This document shows, piece after piece, positions 18,573 to 26,427 of a stretch of DNA of 59,635 nucleotides (position 1 is its first letter; each line of letters begins with the position of its first letter). This DNA comes from Legionellaceae bacterium (GTDB lineage Bacteria > Pseudomonadota > Gammaproteobacteria > Legionellales > Legionellaceae). Under the pieces are notes generated by a model. It saw nothing but the letters and a program-made list of their open reading frames with translations. It was not told the DNA's origin and did not search any database. Both the position numbers and the translations under genes were made by a program. The stretch is taken from the NCBI GenBank assembly GCA_947505025.1, contig CANNIJ010000001.1:1-59635 (forward strand), written 5' to 3'.

Positions 18573-19649
18573 TTAAGACATCCCTGGTGAACTGTGTGCG
18601 CCGTTTGTGGCAGTTTCAGGTTCAATTGGTATAAACCCTAGAAAATGTAACGGACTCGAGCTGTTACTTTCTAACTCTACTGTTGTATTGGATAATGTCA
18701 ATAATTTTAATAATGACGGCTCAAGTCCAACCTGAAGTGCCACGCATCCTGACACAACTGGGGAACTACGCGGGGAATTACGCGGGGAATTACGCGGTGA
18801 ATTACGCGGGGAATTCGATGCTGAAGGCATCAATTGAAGAGTTTTGCCAGAAGCTTCATGCCGCAACTTATCTCTAAAAGTAATCCAATTTTTTTTATTA
18901 AACTCAGATTCAGTTGCGCTACATTCCGGAAGTAGGATCTCTAGCATACCTAAATCAGTCCATTGACCGGTATTCTCCAAACAATAATTGAGCATACCTG
19001 CTGGCAGGGTTTGTTTGGCATCAAAAGGTAATGGATTGTCTAATAATCCAATAAATATATCCAAAGATAAAATAGGATCTGGGCTCCAGACATATCCAGC
19101 CAGAGTGCTGTAACAAGTGTCATGCATAACCAAAAGCGCTATATTAAACGCCGAAACAATCGCTTCCGAACAAAACAAGCCCTGGGTTTCACCATCTTCC
19201 TCGGGAATAAGTGGCAAAGCATGTATCATCTCGAAGTATTGGGCATAATTTATGCTATAAGTGCTTTTTCCATGCGACTCCTGAATCTTTCCTATGTTGC
19301 TACGATCCGGATTATCTAAGAAACCACCAAGACAATCTAGCTTATTTACTAATAAATCGCGCTTTTTCGTAGTTGCAAACTGCACCTGATGCTCAACCCA
19401 ACGCAATAAAATACCAACAGCAACCTGAGCCAAGTTTCTATTTACTGGACGCATAACATGGTATGCGCACATAGTATCCGGTATATTTAACCGATTTAAC
19501 ATCACAGAATTATATTTTCCAGTAGTTGCATGTATTATATAAGCCTCACCGTTCTTATGGGTTGCATACACAGCAACATGTTCAGCGACGCCGCTTGTAT
19601 TCAAAAAATAAATCAGATCGCCAGTCAGTAGTTCAGATGCATTTAGCAT
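18573..19649 (-). CDS. Orphan protein with permuted papain-like (YiiX/C92-type) N-domain and (NSPR)n repeat
   Basis: GDLIYF...AEHVAVY...YIIHA is followed by LFCSEAIVSAFN, the His-then-Cys order of permuted NlpC/P60 folds. The C-terminal region contains NSPRNSPRNSPRNSPRSSP. Confidence 0.6.
   Translation of the reverse strand: MLNASELLTGDLIYFLNTSGVAEHVAVYATHKNGEAYIIHATTGKYNSVMLNRLNIPDTMCAYHVMRPVNRNLAQVAVGILLRWVEHQVQFATTKKRDLLVNKLDCLGGFLDNPDRSNIGKIQESHGKSTYSINYAQYFEMIHALPLIPEEDGETQGLFCSEAIVSAFNIALLVMHDTCYSTLAGYVWSPDPILSLDIFIGLLDNPLPFDAKQTLPAGMLNYCLENTGQWTDLGMLEILLPECSATESEFNKKNWITFRDKLRHEASGKTLQLMPSASNSPRNSPRNSPRNSPRSSPVVSGCVALQVGLEPSLLKLLTLSNTTVELESNSSSPLHFLGFIPIEPETATNGAHSSPGMS
18760..18819. 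repeat. 12-bp tandem repeat, about 5 copies, in frame within the CDS
   Basis: Plus-strand units are ggggaactacgc, ggggaattacgc, ggggaattacgc, ggtgaattacgc and ggggaattcgat. Confidence 0.9.
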
Positions 19650-19837
19650 GGATTAAGCCCTGTTTTTAAACCTTATTGCTATTATACATGATTGATTGGT
19701 TAAAATATATACCCTAAAGGTATATGTTGATATTACAGTGATCCTTGCATTTTTAGATGAAAATCAATTATCATATTTTTTTATGTTTTACTTCTGTTAA
19801 CAATAAGTAAACGTATGCTTTTATTGGCGAATTGCTC

Positions 19838-21208
19838 ATGATACTTTCTGCTTTAAACGCAATCTCACCGGTTGACGGTCGTTACTCTGAAAAAACTGCT
19901 GGTATTCGTGCCTATTTTAGCGAATACGCCTTGATTTATCATCGCGTATTCGTTGAAATACGCTGGATTGAGTCTTTGGCCAACAATCCTAATATCCCCG
20001 AGGTTCCAGCCTTTTCCAGTCAAACACATGCTTTTTTGCAAAGTATTTTAGCCGACTTTAATGAGTCCCAAGCTTTAATTGTCAAAAAATACGAACAACA
20101 AACTAATCATGATGTTAAAGCAGTTGAATACTATCTAGCAAATAAATTCGAAGAATCGGATGAGTTAACACAAGTGAAGAGTTTTATTCATTTTGCCTGT
20201 ACATCCGAGGATATCAATAATCTAGCATATGCATTAATGATGAAAGAATGTATTGCACATGTGATTAAACCCATGCTCGCTGAAATCTCCGGTGGTATTA
20301 CCTTGCTGGGCAAATATCATGGTGATGCACCCATGCTGGCACGTACACATGGACAAGCGGCAACGCCTACGACTATGGGCAAAGAGCTCATTAATTTTGC
20401 CGCACGCTTAAAGCGTCCAATGCAGCAACTAGCTGAAGTTTTGATCCCGGGCAAATGTAACGGTGCCGTCGGCAATTATAATGCGCATATAGTAGCGTAT
20501 CCACAAGTAAATTGGCGCGAACATTGCGCACATTTTGTTTCATCATTAGGCCTGTCATTTAGTGCATACACAACGCAAATCGAACCGCATGATGGCGTAG
20601 CTGAGGTATCGCACTTAATGATCCGTATCAATAATATTTTATTAGATTATGTGCAAGATGTTTGGACCTATATCTCATATGGTTACTTCAAGCAAAAAAC
20701 AGTTGTAAATGAAGTAGGTTCTTCGACTATGCCGCACAAAGTTAATCCCATTGACTTCGAGAATGCCGAAGGCAATCTCGGACTTGCAAACACATTATTC
20801 GAACACTTTGCCAACAAGCTGACGCACTCTCGATTACAACGTGACCTGTCGGACTCTACAGTACTCCGTAATGTTGGCGTAGCTTTTGCCTACTCATTGA
20901 TTGCTTATCAGTCAATTGCTAAAGGCAATGCTAAATTACAGATCAACTCACGCGCATTAAATCAAGACCTAAATGCCCATTGGGACGTACTTACCGAGGC
21001 CATACAAACTGTAATGCGCCGTTACCACCTGCCCAATGCCTATGAGCAATTACGCGACCTTAGCCGTGGACAAGATTTAGATCACGAAACATTGTTGCGT
21101 ATGATCAATGCGTTAGCCATCCCAGACGACGCCAAACAAAATTTACTAGAACTAACGCCAGAAAAATACATCGGATTAGCCCAACAGTTAGTTAAGGCGT
21201 TTTCATGA
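19838..21208 (+). CDS. purB: Adenylosuccinate lyase
   Basis: The N-terminus is LSALNAISPVDGRY and the fumarate-lyase signature SSTMPHKVNP is present. The ATG at 19838 is preferred over the TTG at 19832. Confidence 0.95.
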   Translation: MILSALNAISPVDGRYSEKTAGIRAYFSEYALIYHRVFVEIRWIESLANNPNIPEVPAFSSQTHAFLQSILADFNESQALIVKKYEQQTNHDVKAVEYYLANKFEESDELTQVKSFIHFACTSEDINNLAYALMMKECIAHVIKPMLAEISGGITLLGKYHGDAPMLARTHGQAATPTTMGKELINFAARLKRPMQQLAEVLIPGKCNGAVGNYNAHIVAYPQVNWREHCAHFVSSLGLSFSAYTTQIEPHDGVAEVSHLMIRINNILLDYVQDVWTYISYGYFKQKTVVNEVGSSTMPHKVNPIDFENAEGNLGLANTLFEHFANKLTHSRLQRDLSDSTVLRNVGVAFAYSLIAYQSIAKGNAKLQINSRALNQDLNAHWDVLTEAIQTVMRRYHLPNAYEQLRDLSRGQDLDHETLLRMINALAIPDDAKQNLLELTPEKYIGLAQQLVKAFS

Positions 21209-22848
21209 AAAATGCCTTGATGAAAGAAGGCAAAGAACATGCAGTTGATGTTTTGGTCATTGGTACTGGGCTGGCAGGACTGTATTATTGCTTACAACTT
21301 GTAGAACACAAACCCAAAATAAAAATAGCCTTAATTAGTAAAGTTGAAGTTGAAGAATGTAATAGTCGGTATGCGCAAGGAGGCATTGCCGCGGTAAGCT
21401 TGTCAAATGATTCTTTTGCATCACATATTAGCGACACCTTATCTGCTGGAGATGGTCTATCCTACCTGCCTACGGTTGAAAACATTATTCATCAAGGTCC
21501 TGCAGCAATAGAACAATTACGCCAATACTCAGTAAACTTTTGCTCAGATAACCTGGCTCAAGAAGGTGGTCATGAGCATCGAAGGATTTATTATACAGGA
21601 GACCAAACCGGCCTAACTATGACCACAGCATTACTGCATGAATTAAAAAAACATCCAGGAATTCTTATTTTTGAAAATCATGTTGCGGTGAATCTAATCA
21701 CCCGGGATCATCCACATAGAGTTGATGATCAAGGCGAAGTTCTTGGCGCTTATATTTTAGATTGTAAAAAACATATTATTCATCTTTTTATAGCTAATTG
21801 TGTTGTATTAGCTACTGGAGGTGCCGGTAAAACCTACCGCTATACGACTAATCCGATGGTCGCAACTGGTGACGGGGTCGCAATGGCATACCGTGCAGGT
21901 GCACGCTTAGGTAATATGGAGTTTTATCAATTCCACCCTACCCTATTATATCATCCGCTGATAAATAATTTTTTAATTTCAGAAGCAGTCCGCGGCGAAG
22001 GGGCGCTACTTAAAAATGCAGATACAGGTGAGCGCTTTATGTCGCGCTACTCTCCAGATCATCAAGAATTGGCAACACGTGATGTGGTCGCACGTGCTAT
22101 CTTCAATGAAATTGAAAATAGTGAGCAACCTTTTGTTCACTTAGATATAACACACCAACCAAAATCATTTTTAAAACAGCGTTTCCCGCAAATTTATACC
22201 ACGCTACATGAAATTGGGATTGATATCAGTCAAGACCTAATCCCAGTAGTGCCGGCTGCGCATTATCAATGCGGCGGTGTCTTAACTGATTTGAGTGGGC
22301 GTACTGATTTAAAAAGATTATATGCGATTGGAGAAGTTGCCTTTACTGGCTTGCATGGTGCCAACCGTTTGGCAAGTAACTCATTACTTGAGGCCGTGGT
22401 TATGGCCGCAAATGCTGCCAAACACACTCAACATTATTTAGAGAATCCATTATCGACTAGAGATAATATACCGCACTGGCACTTTCCTTCGCTGGTAAAT
22501 ACTCGCCGAGCCAGTCAAATTAATGCCCATTGGCGCAGCCTGCGTGGTGAAATGACGTCTTATGCTGGTATAATTCGTACAGAAGAAGGTTTAACCGATA
22601 TTTTGCAATTAATTATGAAACGGCATAAGATCGTGGAAGATTATTATTGGAAACATAATATTACACTTGATTTCATTGAGTTACGTAATATACTTTTGAA
22701 TGCCGAATTAATTGTACGTGCTGCTATTGCGCGCAGGGAGTCCAGGGGTGGACATTTTCGCGAAGATTTTCCTGGTAAACTATCTATGCCCAGGGAAAGT
22801 ATTTTGCGCATGAACGCGCCATATAGCCCATATCCAGACATGGCTTAG
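21205..22848 (+). CDS. nadB: L-aspartate oxidase
   Basis: It has the FAD motif DVLVIGTGLAGL and NadB-like blocks (RYAQGGIAA, HYQCGGV, ESRGGHFR). The start overlaps the purB stop (ATGA). Confidence 0.94.
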   Translation: MKNALMKEGKEHAVDVLVIGTGLAGLYYCLQLVEHKPKIKIALISKVEVEECNSRYAQGGIAAVSLSNDSFASHISDTLSAGDGLSYLPTVENIIHQGPAAIEQLRQYSVNFCSDNLAQEGGHEHRRIYYTGDQTGLTMTTALLHELKKHPGILIFENHVAVNLITRDHPHRVDDQGEVLGAYILDCKKHIIHLFIANCVVLATGGAGKTYRYTTNPMVATGDGVAMAYRAGARLGNMEFYQFHPTLLYHPLINNFLISEAVRGEGALLKNADTGERFMSRYSPDHQELATRDVVARAIFNEIENSEQPFVHLDITHQPKSFLKQRFPQIYTTLHEIGIDISQDLIPVVPAAHYQCGGVLTDLSGRTDLKRLYAIGEVAFTGLHGANRLASNSLLEAVVMAANAAKHTQHYLENPLSTRDNIPHWHFPSLVNTRRASQINAHWRSLRGEMTSYAGIIRTEEGLTDILQLIMKRHKIVEDYYWKHNITLDFIELRNILLNAELIVRAAIARRESRGGHFREDFPGKLSMPRESILRMNAPYSPYPDMA

Positions 22849-22860
22849 GAGCGAATAACT

Positions 22861-24195
22861 ATGTTTAAACCCAGCGTAATTTTTCAACCTGAACAAACCA
22901 CTATGCACATCACAAATGACATGCAAATTTGTCAAAGTGACTACCCTCTTGACTGGTATCCAGCAGAATTTATGCAGTATGCCGAAGAATATCAAGCCCT
23001 GAAAGATCGCAGGCTCACCACTGTTTTGCACTGGATGCAGCCTTATATGCAGCGCGCGATTGATCATTTCGGCGATAAATTATTATTATTAGCCCATTAT
23101 TACATGGGCGGAGATATTGTTAGATTAATTGAGCAATTTGGTGGAAAGATTGGTGACAGCTATCAGCTGGCCAAAATGGCAGCGCAACATCCAGAAAAAT
23201 CAATTATTGTTGAATCAGCGGTGCATTTTATGGCTGAGTCCATATCAATACTGGCATTACCACATCAAGAAGTATACATCACCAATCCAAAATCTGGCTG
23301 TACTATGGAAATGTGGGCCAAAGATTTTATGGTGGAGCCGGCTTTTTTAGATCTTAACCAGCGTTACGGCGCAGAAAATATTTTACCGATTTGTTATATG
23401 AATACTTCAGGGCGAGTCAAAGCTATGACTGGCGCGCAAGGAGGCGCCGTTTGTACCAGCTCAAACGTGAAGAAAATTGTTCAATGGGCCCGCACTAAAA
23501 ATAAAAAAATCTTATTTATTCCTGATCAACATATGGGAGAAAACGTTGCCTATTGGCTGGGTTTGAAGCATCTGGCATATTGGCCTGGCGGCACAGCCGG
23601 AGCACAATACTCACTTACAGCACAGAACCAAGCTACGCTGGATAAATTTGATCGTGCAGAAATGATTTTATTTGCCAGCGAGTGCGCGGTACATACCGTT
23701 TATCAGCCCGAGATGTGTGAGTATTGGAGGCAACAAGGTTACGCTACAATCGTACATCCTGAATGCAGAAATACTGTGATCCGTACCGCTGATCATGCTG
23801 GTTCAACTGCATTTATTTGGGATCATGTAGTAAACGACCGATCGCAGACAAAACACTATGCAATTGCGACTGAGAATCACATGGTTGATAATCTCAAACA
23901 GCATTGTGCAGCATTAGGTATTACCGTAGTTAATTTAGCACAAGCAGCAGAGATCGGCAGTATGGGTTGTGGTTGTGCAACCATGTCACGTAATGATCCG
24001 CCACATCTGGTGGCTTTGTTAGATCTACTTTATCAAGGAAAGTCGCTGCCATATCATCAAGTATGTGCCGGCGATGTGGTCAATGAATTTACCGGATCAC
24101 GGCAAAGGTTACAAACCACAGATCAAGATTGGGTGATTAAACATGCGCGCATGGCATTACAAAAAATGATTGATATAACTGAAGACAAATGCTAA
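22861..24195 (+). CDS. nadA: Quinolinate synthase NadA (long form)
   Basis: NadA-like blocks are present (LLLLAHYYMGGDIV, IGDSYQLA, SAVHFMAESISIL, HPEC). At 444 aa it has a longer N-terminus than E. coli NadA, so the true start is uncertain. Confidence 0.85.
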   Translation: MFKPSVIFQPEQTTMHITNDMQICQSDYPLDWYPAEFMQYAEEYQALKDRRLTTVLHWMQPYMQRAIDHFGDKLLLLAHYYMGGDIVRLIEQFGGKIGDSYQLAKMAAQHPEKSIIVESAVHFMAESISILALPHQEVYITNPKSGCTMEMWAKDFMVEPAFLDLNQRYGAENILPICYMNTSGRVKAMTGAQGGAVCTSSNVKKIVQWARTKNKKILFIPDQHMGENVAYWLGLKHLAYWPGGTAGAQYSLTAQNQATLDKFDRAEMILFASECAVHTVYQPEMCEYWRQQGYATIVHPECRNTVIRTADHAGSTAFIWDHVVNDRSQTKHYAIATENHMVDNLKQHCAALGITVVNLAQAAEIGSMGCGCATMSRNDPPHLVALLDLLYQGKSLPYHQVCAGDVVNEFTGSRQRLQTTDQDWVIKHARMALQKMIDITEDKC

Positions 24196-24203
24196 TCCAA
24201 CAG

Positions 24204-24231
24204 TTGCATCAACTAGATAATTTGTTATAAT
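24204..24231 (+). promoter_or_regulatory. Candidate sigma70 promoter for tRNA-Leu
   Basis: TTGCAT, then 16 nt, then TATAAT (24226-24231) with an upstream TG (extended -10). It ends 15 nt before the mature tRNA 5' end. Confidence 0.4.
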
Positions 24232-24245
24232 GCTAACACTTCTGT

Positions 24246-24332
24246 GCCGGGGTGGCGGAATTGGTAGACGTGCCGGACTCAAAATCCGGTGGTGGTGACA
24301 CCGTGTCGGTTCGAGTCCGACCCTCGGTACCA
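24246..24332 (+). tRNA. tRNA-Leu (anticodon CAA), CCA encoded
   Basis: I folded it by hand. Acceptor stem is GCCGGGG/CCTCGGT, and anticodon stem is CCGGA/TCCGG with loop CTCAAAA. It has a long variable arm, T-arm GTCGG-TTCGAGT-CCGAC, discriminator A and CCA. Confidence 0.9.
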
Positions 24333-24345
24333 TTGAGTAGTTTAT

Positions 24346-24355
24346 TAACACTTCT
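24346..24355 (+). repeat. Downstream copy of a 10-nt direct repeat (taacacttct) flanking the tRNA
   Basis: The identical decamer occurs at 24234-24243, 2 nt upstream of the tRNA, and at 24346-24355, 13 nt downstream. Confidence 0.8.
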
Positions 24356-24462
24356 CAATGGTTAGCAACATAACATAACCTCTTGATTTTATTCTAAATA
24401 TATAATTTTTTCTTACAAGAACTAAGGTAAAAGCATATTCTTAGTATTACAAACCTAAAGAC

Positions 24463-24690
24463 TCAACTCACTATTCGTCTATACGATGCTTTCTCTAATA
24501 AAATGTCTGCTTTTTTACAGGGAGAATCTATGAAGTTATCTGTAAAATCATTGATCGTTAGCGCTTCTATTGCCCAAGGCAAAGCAACACTGAGCGCTTG
24601 TTGACCATTACTGAGTAGCAAATGATGCGGAGTAAAGATCACGGTTGTCGTGTCGCTATCGTGTTGCATCATAAAGTGGATTAAACGCAC
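24463..24690 (-). CDS. Hypothetical small protein (doubtful)
   Basis: A 75-codon ORF with a GTG start. There is no recognisable motif and no clear RBS. Confidence 0.2.
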   Translation of the reverse strand: MRLIHFMMQHDSDTTTVIFTPHHLLLSNGQQALSVALPWAIEALTINDFTDNFIDSPCKKADILLEKASYRRIVS

Positions 24691-24696
24691 ACTGTG

Positions 24697-24705
24697 TGCT
24701 ATAAT
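24697..24705 (+). promoter_or_regulatory. Extended -10 element (TGcTATAAT) upstream of the receiver-domain gene
   Basis: tgctataat lies about 110 nt upstream of the ATG at 24818. No good -35 is present. Confidence 0.3.
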
Positions 24706-24817
24706 ATAGCATTAAAAGATTCATATAAGTCTAGAATATAGCAGATATTCAGACTGCAATTAAATTATCAGCCAGATTTAAGCCCACAGATAATAACTTG
24801 AAAGGAGCATATAAGCC

Positions 24818-25759
24818 ATGTTCAGAATACTCGGTCAATTAATGCAATCCTGTAGAATCAGGCCACAGGAAACAATACATACGTCTCAAACTGATAGTCC
24901 TTCTACCTCAGAAGCATCAACGCCAGACAAAATCCAAAATGCTCACGATTTACGTGCTCTTATGCTAGCAGGGATCAACATAGTTAACGAAGATCAATGG
25001 CCTGATACCCCAGAGAAGTTAATTGCATTATCAGATGAAGAGTTAGCTCAATTACAAGGTGTACAACACAACAAAAACATTCAACTAATTGAATTATTTA
25101 AGCAATGTATCGCTTCTCACTGCACTGATCAACAGGTTTTTTTGACCAACTCAGGTACTAATCAACTCAAATCAGCATCACCTGCAGATTTAACCCAAGA
25201 TCAAATAAAAAGCCTGGATGATTTGAGCAAAAATACAGATTTGGCACGGATAATTTTATTGGTAGATGACAGTCTGCTCAATCTTAAACTGCTATTTACG
25301 AAAGTAAGCCTTACTATCGAACCATTAATTAGACAGATCAAGTCTGAGGCTCTCAGCAAATTAAAGCCGGATAGATGGCAAGATCAAGGGTTTGTTATTG
25401 AACGTCTGGGCAACTTAGCCATTATTTGTGCCGCAAATGGACTAATTGCTGGCAAGATAGTCGAAATAACAGCGATTAAAGCAACCATTACTGATCAAGA
25501 AATGCCGGGCATGCTCGGAACGGACTTAATTAAATTTATACGCAATCTAGAACTTGAAGGATCTCGTACACGAATGCAGATTGCTTTACACACAGCCTTG
25601 AAACTAACTGGCGGGGAATCAGATCAAGATATCGATCTTTATCTTCAAAAGGGTGAGCTCCAGGATACGGCGTTGCGAGTGTTCTTTGATGCAGCGGAAT
25701 TGTTCTCAGACATCAATCCGCCGCAGCAGTCCCTCCGACCACCTCAAAACATAAATTAA
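24818..25759 (+). CDS. Atypical receiver (REC) domain protein with novel N-terminal region
   Basis: A strong SD (aaaggag) precedes the start. The C-terminal half carries REC landmarks: IILLVDD, ITDQEMPGM, IALHTA and YLQKG. About 35 extra residues sit between beta1/alpha1 and beta2. The first ~150 aa are unrecognised. Confidence 0.65.
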   Translation: MFRILGQLMQSCRIRPQETIHTSQTDSPSTSEASTPDKIQNAHDLRALMLAGINIVNEDQWPDTPEKLIALSDEELAQLQGVQHNKNIQLIELFKQCIASHCTDQQVFLTNSGTNQLKSASPADLTQDQIKSLDDLSKNTDLARIILLVDDSLLNLKLLFTKVSLTIEPLIRQIKSEALSKLKPDRWQDQGFVIERLGNLAIICAANGLIAGKIVEITAIKATITDQEMPGMLGTDLIKFIRNLELEGSRTRMQIALHTALKLTGGESDQDIDLYLQKGELQDTALRVFFDAAELFSDINPPQQSLRPPQNIN

Positions 25760-25778
25760 TTTTTAAAAAGGTGTTTAT

Positions 25779-26315
25779 ATGAGAACTCGACTTATCACTG
25801 CGATTATGGCGTGTGATTCTAATGGTGGCATTGCATACAAAAATGAACTCCCATGGAGAGTGCGTGATGATGAGATCTTTTATATTGAAATGATAAAAAA
25901 TAAAGTTATAGTTTTAGGTTATAAAACTTATCTAAACATGTCTGAGGAAATATTATCCTGTTGCCATTGGGTGATCTTTTCCCATAATCCTGATAGAAAA
26001 CCTCGTAATGACTGTGAACATTCAACCACTTTTGTTAGTGGGATTGAAGATTTTATCAAAATGGACATCTTTGGACAAGATATAGAATTTTATATGATTG
26101 GTGGTGCAGAAATAGCCTCACTGTTCTTACAACATAACCTGATCGATCAGTTTTTTATAACGCATATAAACAAGCAATGTATCAGCGATCAATTTATTCC
26201 ACTAGATAAGGTTATCTGGTGGCCGCAAAAATGCTTGCAGCAGACGGATGAATGTTCATTTAATTATTATATGAATCCATTGAGCCCGAACTTAAGCTGG
26301 ACGTCATTGCCATAA
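25779..26315 (+). CDS. Divergent dihydrofolate reductase-like protein
   Basis: ITAIMACDSNGGIAYKNELPWRVRDDEIFY...VIVLGYKTY...YMIGGAEIA parallels E. coli FolA IAALAVDRVIGMENAMPW.LPADLAWF...VIMGRHTW...MVIGGGRVY. It starts 20 nt after the REC gene. Confidence 0.6.
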   Translation: MRTRLITAIMACDSNGGIAYKNELPWRVRDDEIFYIEMIKNKVIVLGYKTYLNMSEEILSCCHWVIFSHNPDRKPRNDCEHSTTFVSGIEDFIKMDIFGQDIEFYMIGGAEIASLFLQHNLIDQFFITHINKQCISDQFIPLDKVIWWPQKCLQQTDECSFNYYMNPLSPNLSWTSLP

Positions 26316-26427
26316 TCATCCAAAGTTACATTATAGGTCTGGTCCGGTTACAGACCAATAATAAAATATCATTTGGACGATTTTCGTGTTAATATCGCGC
26401 ACTATATCTATCCAGAGAACATTAAAG

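Noticed and set aside
18760-18819. The short tandem repeats could be mistaken for a CRISPR-like array.
   Set aside because: The units are only 12 nt, directly adjacent with no spacers, and lie in frame inside a long ORF. This is a coding minisatellite, not a CRISPR array.
24157-24351. A 64-aa minus-strand ORF.
   Set aside because: It is the reverse complement of tRNA-Leu and its flanks. The tRNA fold explains the sequence.
24333-24817. I searched for an integrase gene or a duplicated tRNA 3' end (att site) downstream of tRNA-Leu.
   Set aside because: No integrase-like ORF is present, and no copy of the tRNA 3' segment (gttcgagtccgaccctcggtacca) was seen downstream. Only the 10-nt leader-like repeat was found, and it is reported separately.
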